This document shows positions 1 through 34,480 of a stretch of 64,000 nt of DNA, in pieces. Position 1 is the stretch's first letter. The number at the start of each line of letters is the position of its first letter. The stretch spans positions 13,082,001-13,146,000 of the forward strand of contig CDPCPM010000052.1 in the NCBI GenBank assembly GCA_976551045.1. Direction: 5' to 3'. The translations under genes were made by a program, and so were the position numbers. The stretch comes from Glaucostegus cemiculus (taxonomy: Eukaryota). The notes beneath the pieces are model-generated. The model did not search any database, had not been told where the DNA came from, and saw nothing but the letters and a program-made list of their open reading frames with translations.

Positions 1-316
1 ATGAGCTGAGATTAAAAAGGGTCACGTTATGAGAATTTGGTGCATAGACCAGGCTGGTATTGCCTCGTGCGAGTGATCTCCTTGGTGTTAAGAATGGAAG
101 GATTTGATACGGTAGAGGCCAGAACAAGGAGGAATGACATTAAAACAGCTGGCCAAAGGTAGCATCAAGAAGCACTTCATCAGATAAAAGGTAGTAGAAA
201 TCTGAGAATATCCCCCTCTTACACACATGCGCACGTGCACACACACAAATATAGATTCTGCTGCACTTCCAAGTATGAACAAGGACAGTGTTCATACTGA
301 GCCATTAACATGTCTA

Positions 317-22014
<21,698 letters not shown>

Positions 22015-22399
22015 CCTTGCCAGCTATATAAACTCAGCAGAAATTTTGATGAAGGGTGTAGCTTGTGCCTGAACCCTGCTAAATACAGGCAGAGTGAGCA
22101 GTGTCTACAAAAAAAAAATCAGAAGCACAGTAAAAATCCATGTGTATCACAATAAATCATACCAACATTTCAGAGATGGAGGATGTAACTATACAATAAA
22201 TCTCAAGCACCGATTTGGGAAGAGTTTCCAATTAACAACATTAAAAACGCCATTAACATTTGACTCTGCAAAAGGCTTATAGTGGAAAGAACAGCTGCTG
22301 TCAAAAGGCACAAGTATGCTGGTTCCCAATGTGGGGAAAGTGAAGGAGAATCAGAGACAAGCAGGTGCAAGACAGGACAGGGTGGGGCAGGTTTGGGGG

Positions 22400-23710
22400 A
22401 GTGAAGCCACGGATGCACAAAGCTGCCCCAGTCAGTGAATAGCCAATGACACAAGAACAGGTTGGAGGATATTAGGAATCTCTAGCTGATTATAGATAGC
22501 TTGAGTGAGTGAGTGACTGAAAATTTGGCAAAAGGAATTTAATATGGGAAATTGTGAGGTTATGCATTTTGGTGAGTGAAATACAATGGGATCCAAATAT
22601 TCCCATGCATGAATTGCAAAATGTATGCAGACAAATGGCACATTGGTCTTTATGCAAGAGGGTTGGAGTTTAGAAAAAGGGAGGTATTGTTACAGGGTGC
22701 AGGCCACACTTGGAGTATTATGCAGAGTTTTGGTACCTAATTTAAGAAGGGATATATCGGTACTGGAGGCAGTCTAGAAGAATAAATTCACCAGGCTGAA
22801 ATGGAGGGTTGTCCTATCATGAGTGGCGAAAGAAGTTAGATCTTTTTTCAATCTTTTTATTGATAACAAATCGATACAGGTTAATATATATAACAACAAT
22901 GTTTACACATGTATTACAAAGGGATCGGGTAACAATCATAGGTAATCATTAAAAAAAAGCAATAATGTATGATATATATAAAATAAATAGTTCCAACAAT
23001 CTCTTGGTTGATAAGTATAGTGTAAAAGATAAGAAAGAAAAAGATTTATTATATAATTAGAAAAAAACAGGAAAAGAAAACCCCAAATAAAAAAAATAAC
23101 AATACAAAGTAAATTGAGCAGAAAATTTTGAAAGGAAAAAAAAAACAAAACAAGAAAAAAAACTGGGCTAAAATTTTCAATAGAAACAGAGCAATATTAT
23201 GTCATCAGCTCCGTTCCTCTGAATTAAAAAAAGTTAAAGAAGGGGAAGCTACATCATGTGAAAGTATTGAATAAATGGACTCCAAATATCTTCAAATTTA
23301 AGTGAAGAGTCAACAGTACCACTCCTAATTTTTTCCAAATTTAGACATGATATAGTTTGAGAGAACCAGAAGTTAGATTTGTATTCTTTGAATTCCAGAA
23401 GAATAAGGGGCGATGGGCTGTGGTCATAATAATTACAAGATTAGAAGACTGTTTTAAAACTGAGGTGCTCCGGAACTTCTCACACGTTGGTAAGCCTCTG
23501 GAATTATCTACCCTGAAGGTTGATATCCCTGGGGGTATTTAAAGAGGAAGCAAATACATTTTTGAAAGATCAGGGAGTTGAGGACTATGGGGAACCGGCA
23601 CAGAAGAGAAGCTGTGGGCAGGGCTAGATCAGGCATGATCATATTAAGAGAAGGAATGGGGCTGAGTGGCTAACTCCTGCTCCTATTTCCTTACGTTCCC
23701 ATGTTCTTAT
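22400..23710 (+). mobile_element. CR1 LINE 3' fragment interrupted by an L1-like insertion
   Basis: 'KCEVMHFG' and 'RPHLEY' motifs before 22841; '(KLD)LYSLEF..RIRG' resumes after 23368; tail 'cctatttccttacgttcccatgttctt'. Confidence 0.75.
22842..23367 (-). mobile_element. 5'-truncated L1/Tx1-clade LINE 3' end with 11-bp TSD AGAAGTTAGAT
   Basis: TSD at 22831-22841 and 23368-23378; T-rich 3'UTR and AATAAA/A-rich end on the minus strand; ORF2-end-like 'QTISCLNLEKIRSG'. Confidence 0.75.
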
Positions 23711-25059
23711 TGGAGACAATCCACTGCGTGATGATGGTGGGAGGGCTGAGTACAGTGGGTTTGAACACTGGATACTAGAAATGTAATATCACATCCAGGT
23801 GAAAGATATGAATGGTTTGGCTCATATCACAAGGGGATGTCTCTGTGATCAGCAAAGTGGCAGCAATTCTTTGCTGTTAAACTGGATTCTGTCCAGCCCA
23901 AAATACACTGGCACTTTGCTTAGCTTTTTGCCAGTTACACTGTAGGTCAATGCAGGTTTGTAACACGTGCATGGGCAGGCTGCGTTGGTCATTCTCAGTA
24001 CTCATCTATAATTGTCTTCTTAAGATTTTGTTCCACCTATTGCCAATATAATCCTTTAGTCAAGCATGATTTTTACCCTTGGTGTAGAGTCAACATACTA
24101 CAATGAACCATGGCTTGATCTCTGACCAGTCAGGCATTTTGGGAAGGAAGCAGAGTGCAGCAGGAGAGGGTTTTTTTGCACCAGTTATCTTCATAGATTT
24201 TGCAAACCTGCACGTGGAACATGGATATACAGTTGGAAAGTATATTTACAATTAACTTGAACCTAATAAGATGCATAGAAGTCAAAGTGAAAAGGTCTCT
24301 GAATCCCAATGGCTTACCCTGGAACCCTGCGAGAAGTCAGGGGTGGTGGTAGGTGGGGAAAAACAATTTTCAAACATTGTCGGATATGGATGTTGTGACA
24401 GGACTGATACTTCTGCTCAAATAAAAAACACCAAGCTGTTATCCATAGTATGGAAAGTTCCAGTATCCAACAGGCAAGCCAGTTCAGGCAAACACAATAG
24501 TCTTTCAGAAAGCAGCAGATCAGATTTATAAAGGAAAGGCTGATTCTATTGCTTATATTTTTCTTAGATGGTCTGATGGTAAAGTGAAGACATTTTATTA
24601 AAGAGAGGTTATTAGTGTGGGTAAGAAGCTGTTTAAAGAAAAAATAAATACTTTATGGACTTCTTGTGCAAAAAATTGAGTCCTCTTCATGTCAACTAGT
24701 CACTGCAAAGTTTACAAATAACACAATAGGGAAAGTAGCGAACTATGTAAAGTAACTTTGGCTGGGTTGGGGGAAAGAATGGGGGCAGGGGGAAGTTTCA
24801 TAAAACAAAAAGCATAATCCTGCAAATGTTAAAAACTTGTAATTTAAATAAAGCAGCTCTTCTAAAACTGAACAAATCAGGGAATATTTATCGACAAAGG
24901 AAATCGATGTTTGCACTTCAGATCCTTTCCTACAGTTGGAATTGGCAACTTTATTTTAAGATGAAGAAACCAAAAAGTAAATATGCAATAAAGCGAATTG
25001 TAAGGTGACAGTTTGGAAGGAAGAATAGGAGAGGAAATGCATATGGATAAAAATTAAAC

Positions 25060-26420
25060 AAAGAGAAAAGTCGAGTCAGAAGGGCACAAATATATAGGCT
25101 GTAAATAAACTTGTAAATAAATCAAAAGAAACTCCAGGTTTTATTAATAAATGGATGTTTTACAGAGGGAGTATTAAAACTGTGCAAAAGATTGCTCTCA
25201 CCCCAGACCGCATACTGTGTTCAGTTTTGGACCATCCATTTTAAGAGGGATACCACAGACAAAAACAAATTCCAGAAAAACTCACCCAGGACCCCAGAGG
25301 GAAGAGGCTTTAGCATCAGCAGAAATCGGAACCTAGGCTGAGAAGAGGTCTCAGAGCTATTTAAAAATCTTATGGGTTTCACCATGATCAAAAAATAGTT
25401 GTCACTGAGTCAATAATCAGCAAGCAAATTCAAGATCATCACCAAAATAATGGGGAAGTTTGGGAGATTTGTTTATTTATATATACGGATTGCTGTTAGG
25501 ACAGATCATCAGGAATTGGAAGCAGTCACACACAGGAATTTTTAAAATGGAAGTGACTAAATAAACAGATCTATTTAACAAGGTCTGAGCAAAGGGAAGA
25601 ATTAGCAGTGAGCGGAATGGCCTCCTTCCATACTGCACAGTTTCAGGATACAGTCCTGCCTTTGTAGCAACATAATTAACTGAAGCAGGAGCAGGTCACA
25701 ATGCCCCACATCCCCACTTAATCATTTAATAAGATCAAGGTTGATTCTGTACATCATACACTTTCCTATCCAAACCCCATATTCCTCAAATTTTCCTTTG
25801 CATCAAAAAAAAAATCGGCCAGTCTTGGTAGTAAATAGATTCAATGACTTGGCATCCTCAGCCTCTAAGGATTGAAAATTCCAAGGTCTGCACGCTTCTA
25901 AGTGAAGAAATTTCTCATCTCAAAAGCCAATTCCTTATTCTAAAACCATGCTCCTGATCTTAACCAGTCCAGCTTGAGGAAACAGCTTCTCTGCATCAAC
26001 CCTGCCAATCTACAGAAGCTTATATGCTTGTGGGATCTGCTCTAATTTTCAAGTGAGTAAAGTTGAATTTTATTTTTTCTCAAGCGGTAAACTGCCCATT
26101 CCAGGAATCAATCCAATGAATCTAAATTGGACCATCTCCATGTCTTTCTTCAGGTATGGAGACTACAAGTAGAGTCAGTACTTCAGTTGCAGTCTCAATA
26201 TGTTGCAAGAATTTCCCACTTCTGTACTTCACCCCAAAGTCCACCCTGCATGGCCACATCACCATTTCCAACTGCTTGTTTGTTACACTTCCACAGTTCA
26301 AGACCAGCCCACCGATCCTTTTTTTTGCCTAGTTTCTTACCGTTTTAAACAGATTTTTCTATTATTGTTACCAAGGTGATAACCTCACATTTTTCCACAT
26401 TATGCTTGATCTGCCAACAT
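25060..26420. mobile_element. Two old CR1 fragments in opposite orientation (+ ~25060-25650; - ~25690-26420)
   Basis: 'ccagaccgcatactgtgttcagttttgg' on plus; 'ggagactacaag..cagtacttcagttgcagtctc' and 'acctcacatttttccacatt' on minus. Confidence 0.55.
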
Positions 26421-26459
26421 AAAAACAGCCCATTCATTCTAATGGTTTTCTATTTTTTA

Positions 26460-26645
26460 ACCAATGACTCCACCTAACGCATGCAAAGCTCTTGCTCCAC
26501 TCCTTCCCTCCACCTTTTTATACTGGTCATCTCACATCTATCTTTCACTCCAGATGAAGAGTCTCAACCTGAAACGCTGACTGCCCATTTTCCTCCACAG
26601 ATGCTGCCCGACCCACTGAGTTCCTCCAGCATCTTGTTTGTTGTC
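26460..26645 (-). mobile_element. Penelope-like terminal fragment
   Basis: 'cctccacagatgctgcccgacccactgagttcctccagcatcttgtttgttg'; same family at 27055-27545 (+), 39410-39510 (-), 32165-32270 (+) and 37570-37640 (+). Confidence 0.6.
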
Positions 26646-27054
26646 CAATTCAATACTTTGACCCAATCCCTTGATTTTATGGAACAACCTTTTGAATTTC
26701 AGGTCTGAAATGTTTACTATTTGTGCTGGTGATGAAAATGGCGATGTGAGTGAAGTACTGGAAATCACTGTGGAATCAAATTGGGAGAATAACTGGGAGA
26801 AATAATACAGAATACTCCTCCACAGGAATCATATGATAATTTTTAAGCTTGAAACTATAAAACATCTGACATGTCTGCTTATCATTTCTGCTGCCTCTCA
26901 GCCTGAGATAGTGCTTTCAAAATACCATATTAGACCCCACTTCCACCCATCAGGGATGTTGACTGACAACTGGCTAAAATTCAACAGATGTATGCAGCTT
27001 TGTGCTGCCTCAACATTCCTTGTGTGAAAATAGCTGACTGCCAGTGGGATGTGT

Positions 27055-27545
27055 AATAGAGACTGCAGATGCTGGAATCTGGAGCAACAAACAAGATGCT
27101 GGAGGACTCAGAGGGTCAGGCAGCATCTGTGGGGGGAAATGGATAGTTGATGTTTCTGGTTGAGACCCTTGATCTGGACCGAAGGATAAAGGGGAGATAG
27201 CTAGTACACAAAGGTGAAGGAAAGGGGTGTAGCAGGAACTAGCAAGTGATAGGTGGATCCAGGTGAGGAGGGAAGAGTGAAAATAGTGACAGAATCTGGG
27301 AGGTGGTTGGATGCAGATGGTGGAATCTGATTGGAGAGGAAGGTGGACCAAATAAGGGAGGTGGGGTGGGCAGATGGGAACAGTAGGAGGAGAGGAACCA
27401 GGAGGGTGTGGGTGATGGGCAGACGAAGTGAGTGGAAGAGGAGAAAGAAAGTGTAGGAGGAATTGGGTAGATCAGTAGAGAAAAAAGAGGGACAGAGGAG
27501 GAGCAGTTTACCTGAAATTGGAGCATTCAATGTTCATGCCAAATG
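27055..27545 (+). mobile_element. Penelope-like terminal fragment
   Basis: 'agagactgcagatgctggaatctggagcaacaaacaagatgctggagg..cagcatctgtgg', purine-rich body, ending 'tacctgaaattggagcattcaatgttcatgcc'. Confidence 0.6.
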
Positions 27546-27771
27546 ATGTTGGATGTTATAACCTGACCCTGCCTCTGCAGAACACAAGGGATCACTGGAC
27601 AGTTATCTTTCTCCCACTCTTACTTTCCAAGCTAATTTAATATCTCTCCCCAGACATGGAGTTCAGATCCATGGGCTACTTAACCGGGCAGTGACTCCAA
27701 GTGAGCCCAATAACTGTAAGAGAAATGAGCCCCGATGAAATGGAAGCCGGTGGAAGTCGCATGACGGCAAA

Positions 27772-27872
27772 GGGGATGAAGGAGGGGGATTCAGTGGGGG
27801 AGGGGGATTCAGTGGGGGAGGGGGATTCAGTGGGGGAGGGCGAACAATGGGAATGGGATTCGGTGGGGGAAG
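27772..27872. repeat. G-rich 18-bp minisatellite (GGGGAGGGGGATTCAGTG)x3 plus degenerate flanking copies
   Basis: Seen directly; produces the EGDSVG repeats in ORF 27701..27997. Confidence 0.9.
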
Positions 27873-28029
27873 GAGTTATCAATGAATGGCACCGAAGATG
27901 TGGAGGGTGGGGAGAAGACGGGGATGTGGAGGTTGGGATCGGGGAAATAGGAAGGATTCCTGGGGCTATGGGGTGGGGATATGGGGAAGTGGGATAGTTT
28001 TGGGGGTCCAGTGGGCTGGAGAACAGATT

Positions 28030-28470
28030 GCACTAGTAAGAACGGGCCCAGGATCGGGCGCGTTGGGTGATAAGATCCCCGGGCCATACCCTTGGACTGG
28101 GGCTGAGGAGCAGTGCCCGGGCCCACGCTCCCTCCACCCGCTCGTACCTGGCTGGGGCCTGGCGCTGCTCTCCTGGCACAGCCTCGGCCCGACCCTGCTA
28201 CCGCCGCGCTCTCGGTGCAGCTTGGGCCTGGCGCCGTTGCTGCTATCGCCGCCGCTCTGGGTGCAGCCTGAGCCCGGCGCTCCGGCTCTCCCCGCACCGC
28301 CGCTCCTGCAACTCGATGTGGCGGGAGGGCCCAGTGCGCCTGCGCCGCGCCAAACCCGGGGCCCCGGCCAACGCCGAGGAGCTGCAGTGGACAAGAGGCC
28401 ACCCGGGTGGGTGGACTCCCGCTCTGTCGCCCCTAGCGCCTGGGGGCACCGAGCTGACGCAGGACCAGAT
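28030..28470 (-). promoter_or_regulatory. CpG-island promoter of WDR5 with NRF1-type site (TGCGCCTGCGC, 28335-28345)
   Basis: Sharp GC/CpG enrichment against an AT-rich, CpG-depleted background, upstream of the WDR5 ATG exon. Confidence 0.75.
28148..28330 (-). other. WDR5: Putative non-coding exon 1 (5'UTR) of WDR5
   Basis: Lies in a CpG island and ends in donor CAG|GTACGA at 28148/28147; no upstream ATG seen; TSS position is approximate. Confidence 0.6.
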
Positions 28471-28989
28471 CCAGAATGAGTGCCAAGAGAAGGGGTGGGA
28501 AGAAAGCAGATTCCATCGTAGACTTCGAAAGAGCACTTGAAAAAGGATAAAATACAGGGCTATGTGGAATGAGCAGGACATAAAAGATACCTTCCAACAA
28601 AGAGCTGGCCTGAGCACGATGGGCTGAATGGCTTCCTTTTACATTGTATGATCCCACGAATGGTGATGTACCTGCTACTGTATAAAGGTAGGAACAGCAG
28701 AGGTTCAGATAGATTTAGTGGGGTCCAGATACACAGCTGACTAAGACATAATTGTCAAAGGCAAAAGAAAAGACAAAATCCCAAACCTTCATAACTGAGA
28801 GCTGGACTATAAGGTGGAAGAAACTTTGCTCCAACTGTACAAAATCACAGCACGGTTGACATAACACACCTTGCTCTGGGGCATATCTGTGCTGCAATCA
28901 GTAGGAAGATCACTGGCAACCTTGCACTACTCAGGGATACAATCAGCTACCTATGGAACTGTTATATAGTGGACACTAGCTTGAACCAT

Positions 28990-29650
28990 TTTGAAGTCCA
29001 CTGAGAGAACATCACACATGTATGTGATGGATGTGCTCTCCCAAGCAGAGTTTGGGGAGGGAATCTATAATTGGATACATTTGCTCTATATTGACACCAA
29101 TAATGCAGTCCAAATTAATGCATGGGAAGTGGAACAGGCTGCTTCTCTTCTGTTTTTATTGTATGTTGCATTAGCCTTTTGCTGAAAGTGTTAGGAAGGA
29201 CAGGGACATAAGAGGGATGTCAATCCCAGTCAGCGGAGGCAGTCAGGTCATCCTGCATATGGATGATGTTGCTATCTTCTGTTGGTTGGAAGACTGCTGA
29301 GCATCCATGGCTTTGGCGACTAGAGTGTACCAGAACAGAAGTGATGCTGTGTTCTTTGGCAATTGGTCCAACTGATTCTCTGTTCCTTTCATCATCAATT
29401 ACCTCAAGGTGCTGGGAATGTGATTCAGAGGGGCCAAGGCCTGAACCAAGAACTGGAATGCGCATATTGCCAAGGTGAACTAGAAACTGGGAACATGGGG
29501 GTAGGACTATCTCTCAGAAACAGGGAAGAATGTGGCCATCAGGTGTGAGATGCTCTGTATTGTTGCACCTGACTCAAGTGTGGCCCACACCCTCCTCCTG
29601 TGCTGCAGCAGTCTTCTGTTTCATCCAAAAAGGATTGTGTTCAAAACAAT
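28990..29650 (+). mobile_element. Degenerate Tx1/L1-like RT fragment
   Basis: 'SHMYVMDVLSQAEFGEGIYNWIHLLY' resembles the non-LTR RT segment before the QG motif; 'ctgcatatggatgatgtt' resembles a degenerate YMDD. Confidence 0.5.
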
Positions 29651-29789
29651 GTGATGTACTCTTTGAATTCACTCATTCTGATGGTCACCTTTATCTGTAG
29701 GTGCATCAAGCTGTGGATTCTGAAAACCTGAAATAAAACAGAAAATGTGAAAAATAATAATTATATGAAATTGTTGAACTCAGTGATGG

Positions 29790-30240
29790 GAAGTCCTTAG
29801 TGTGCCTATTGAACGATGAGATGTATTTCTTCAAGCATGCCATGAGATTCTTAGGCTGAGTGTAGGAGGCTGAACAGAGGGAGTTTAGACTGGGAGTAGG
29901 ATTTAGAATTAAAGTGACAGACAATCAGAAGATTGGGGTTAGTGCTTGCATATCGAATGGAGGTGTTCTTCAAAGCTGTCACCCAATCTGTGTTTGGCCA
30001 CCTCATTTTAGGACAGATTTCAATGTGAGGAGCAAATTGAAGTGTTAGTAAATCGTTGTTTCACCTGTAAAATGTATTTGGGGCCCTCGAACTACAGGAA
30101 AGGAGCAGGTAAAATAACAGGTATTGCATCTCCTGTGGCCCCACAAGAAGGTGCTGTGGAAAGGGTAGTGAGTGTGAGGGGTGTTCAAGAAGGGAATCAA
30201 AGCATCCCAGAATGAACAGTCCACCCAGGAAGGAATCATT
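29790..30240 (-). mobile_element. Penelope-like GIY-YIG-region remnant
   Basis: Minus-strand translation 'RRCNTCYFTCS..VRGPQIHF' resembles the Cys-rich region preceding the Penelope endonuclease. Confidence 0.5.
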
Positions 30241-33200
30241 AGCCCTGGAAGTTCTGCTGGTTAAATTCATCAGAATGCTGCCAGAGCTTCAGTTGTATTA
30301 GACTGCCGGATATGCTGGGCTTTCCGAGCATTTCTCATCTATTTCAGATTTCCATGAATGGCTCTGCATCTCACAGTTTCAGCAGTGTTTTTTCTCTCTT
30401 CTGGAATCCTATTTAAATCTCCTTTATACATGAAACAAATAGATGCAAGGTCAATGAATATCTAATTCAAAGATGGAGTAGTAGACTGGAGAAAGTATAT
30501 GGAGAATGGGTACATGGAATTGAGACTCCAGTCAGCTGAGATCTTACTGAATGACCAAACAGGTTTGACAGGCTGAATCTCTTACTCTAGTTTCCATGTT
30601 GCTAGGCTATGTATTTTTTCATGTTTTCTGTTTTATGTTTACCTTAATTTTACAGAAAAGAATCAGGGATGTGGAGAGGACACCTTCCTCTCAGGTTATC
30701 AGGTTCCAGAAAGAAATTTCACTGTCAAACTAAGAATTCTTATGGCTCTAAGTTGCAGGAACACTTGAGAAGCCTCTTCACACAGTATTAGGAGTTAGAA
30801 GTTAAATTAAAATGTAAGATCTTTGGATTATTACTCAAAATTCATGCAAATTAGAATGGAGACACCACATTTATGGATAGCAACATCATTGAAATATTGC
30901 ATAATTTCATTGACCACCACAACCCCCAACCTTAACCAACTGCTTGGGGGAAAGGGGAAAAAGTTTGCGACTGTCTTTGTGTGAAGAAGTAATTTTAAGA
31001 TTTGTCCTGGACTCTCCTACCAGAAGACATTGTTTCTCTCCATCTCATCTGCAAATCACCTTGAACATTTCTTTTAAATCGTCCTTTAAACTTCTATCTA
31101 CTGTTAGTTTATTGCCATCAAATTTCACTGTTGCTAACTCGGTGAGTGGGCCGTCGATTGGGCCTCAAATTACTGTCAGAGTTTGCAATTCATTGTTATT
31201 TCACCATGGAGAAGTTTGGAATGTACAATTTTAATTACAGGGAGATTAAAGGAGTTAAATCTGGTCCAAACATATGGAAGCTTCATGGTTACAATCTTGC
31301 ATCCTATGAGCAGTACAGGGGTGGGGGTGATGCAAATGAGTGATGTAAGAAGCTGAGGGTACTACAACAGGCGGCCTGAGCACTTATGGGAATAACTGAC
31401 GCCATAGAGTCCTGTTGATACTTGAACTGAAAGGCAGTGGGTCCTGATCCTTTGAATCCTATAAAAGTGCTCATCAAATACTTAAATCCTGGCTGTGCAA
31501 CAAAATTACTGATTTCTAGCTGAAATAACATTGGACTTTAGAAAGATGGCATAAATGGTGAGAAATGCAGCAGAGCAGAAAAATATACAGTCCAGATTTG
31601 TGTTATTGTATTTGTCAATTTGTGATTAGTAATCGACAAATATAATAAAACACAAAAACCAGTGGAACGAGGGCTTCTATTCAGAGGGATTGGAATTAAG
31701 AGTCTAGTTTGATCCCATCTGAAGTGATGCATTCAGATTAGGAGGGAAAGAATTCACCAGATTGTTGCCAAGCTTAAATTACAAAGAAGGGTGGGGACAC
31801 GAGCTTTGTATTCCTTTCAAAAATATAGGGTTAAGGGGTGATTTCACTGAGATATTTAAAACAATTGAAGGACATGATAGGGTAAAAATAATTCTGTTCT
31901 TTAGAGTGGGGTGCTTAAGAGAGCCGTGTTAGATATGAAATATGGGCACATTATAAGTCTTTTTTTAATGAAGATCCTACTTGTTCACACTTAGAAAAAT
32001 ATGCAGATCCAACCAATAAATGCCTGATGATATCATGGGTCATATCTTTTCAGGCAATGGAATTGTCTTAGGGATTCTTGGGGACTGGTGGCAGTTCTAG
32101 GGCCTTTAAATCTGTGGACATTTTAATTAACAACTATATGAACTCATCATTAATATAAATAAAAAATAGAAAATGCTGCAAACACTCAGTAGGTCAGGTG
32201 GCATCTGTGAACAGAGAAACAGTAATGTTTCAAGATTGGGACCTTCATCAGAACTGGGAAAGAGAGAAAACCAAATTAGTTTTCAATAGGAGAGAAAGTG
32301 TGTGGAAGAAGGATGGGAGTTGGTGGGACAAAGGGACTGTCTCTGAGAGGATGAGACTATCGCTCTCTCCCTCTTCTCTTTTGTTTCAATGTGATCACTT
32401 CTCATTCTTTTAACCCTCAGAGAGGAGAACTCTTCTGAATCAATTTCTCCTTACAATCTTCTCAAGCCAGGAATCAAACTAGAGAGTTTTTGATGTACCA
32501 CCTCTAAACCAAGTAAGTCCTTCTAAATATACAAAGATTAAAATTGGACATGATACTTAGTCCTGCTCAACTGCAGCAAGATTTTTATGTACTCCAAGTG
32601 CACTGCAACAAAGTTCAACAAAACCTAACTGCTTGCCGTAGCTTCATGTTAATTTTGTATTTCATGTTGAAGATCACTGAAATCCCACTGAACACCAACA
32701 TATAAGATCATCACCATTTAAAAATATTCTCTTTTGCTATTCTTACTTTTCCACCTAAAATCTGTTGTTAGGAAATTACTGGGGTCTGTTATTAGTGTCA
32801 GACCATCTTTAAAATTTACACTGATTTGAGAGATAAAAAGATTTGTTAAGGGCCGGTTATACCTTGAATATTTTTGATGCGGTGGGTAGGGGAATGCCTA
32901 ACTGGGTATTTACATGGATTTTCAGAAGGCAGTTGTAACACCAGAAACTGTTAAGCACAATTAAAGCAAACGTTGGAGTAAAATTGTTGATCTGAAACTG
33001 GATGAATGACAATTAAAAGATCAGTGGTTAAAAACAGTTATGCAGATTGGGTGGCGTGACCAGTGATATCTCAAAAGATCAATGTCAGGTTTCTAACTAT
33101 TCATCTTATTTAAAAATGGTGTAGATTAAAATATAGAAAGCTACATATCCCAGAGGTAGATAGCACAAATATAGGTGGAATTCCAAACAATGTAGATAGA

Positions 33201-34299
33201 AGCACAACCCCATAAAAGGATGTTAAGCAAATAAGTAAAATTTTGATTAACAGATTTAAATGCAGACAAATGCAAGTCCATTCACTTTGGACCTAAAAAG
33301 GATAGATTATTCTTTTTAAATAGTGAAAGGCTATGAGTAATGGAGTTCAGAAAAGGAGGGTTAATTAAAACATCATGGAGGGGTATAGAAAATAATTGGA
33401 AAGGAAAATAGAATGCTGCCTTTCCCTCCTTTTTTACTTTGAGGGCCTGTGGGTTTGGTGACCTCTGAGTTGGATGCAGCAGTCTGAGAGCCACATTACT
33501 TGCACCGCATTTGTGTGTCTATTTTTAGTGCTAATACTTCAATGTATGAAATATATAGAAAAAAAACATTAAAGCTCATTTTTCTGCATCATGCTAATTA
33601 CTGCAAGATGTTAAACCTTGAGAGTTTCCACTCTAGTCATATTTCTTTGAAAACCTGGTTGACATATTGGCAGAGTGAAGGGGTTTGGTTAGATGTTGAT
33701 TTTTAAGGGTTACAAGATGTTACAATTCCTTAAACTTCAGAATACAGTGAATCAGTGATTTACTGTGCCAAAAGTTGAAACATTAATCTTAATTTGAGAG
33801 TATTTTGTTCCCTTGAGAATTTACTTCCAGAATTTGATTTAGATTCTCTTTTTCTGGAATTCCAGTTCTCCAGTAGATGTTGCAGTCACCGTGATTTTGA
33901 GCATTGCAAAGGATTTGTTGATCACATCAATCACGAGTTTTATGAGGAAGGAGAAGCAGAATCTCCATGTCTGAAAATCTCCAGAATTGTAATTTGCATT
34001 TGTATTCCTTGGGTTGGTAGCATCTTTGATTTCTGGTAACATATTTACTCAAATTTTGAGATGGGGGAAAGTGAAACAAATCTCTTGCCTGTTTAATTTA
34101 TTCTGGAAGCTGAAAACTGAGTAGGCTCAGATATTCTTTATCCTTCCCTTGGAGTGTCAAGTTGAGATTTTGCAGATGCCCCATAAAATCAGTGAAAATA
34201 TCAGATCATTCATCCATTGCTCATCTACAAGTTGTGGACAGAACTTTCTATTTTCTTCAAGGAAGACAATAAAGGAAAACAACAGTTCCAGAAATGAAT

Positions 34300-34480
34300 T
34301 GGTGGCACAGCTCCTCAAATTGCTGCCTCACAGCTCCAGCAAACTGGGATCAATGCTGACTTCCTGTGCTGCATGCGTGGAGTTTGCTCCTTTTCCGTGT
34401 GACAACGTGGGCTTCCCCTGCAAGCTCCAGTTTCTTCTCACATCCCAAAGATGTTTGGGTTGGTAGGTTAGTTGTCACAA
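34300..34480 (+). mobile_element. tRNA-derived SINE, 5' part
   Basis: 'ggtggcacag..tgctgcctcacagctccag..gtggagtttgc..gtgggcttcccc..ctccagtttcttctcacatcccaaag'. Confidence 0.7.

Noticed and set aside
27772-27872. Short direct repeats as a possible CRISPR-like array
   Set aside because: Head-to-tail units without unique spacers, in a vertebrate context with no cas genes.
27827-28617. Several 120-197 aa ORFs on both strands
   Set aside because: By-products of the WDR5 CpG island and the G-rich minisatellite; open in most frames with no homology recognised.
33794-34039. Exon-like stretch (HRDFEHCKGFVDHINHEFYEEGEAESP) in the intergenic spacer
   Set aside because: No recognisable homology, no convincing splice-site pair and no partner exons; a BLASTx would settle it.
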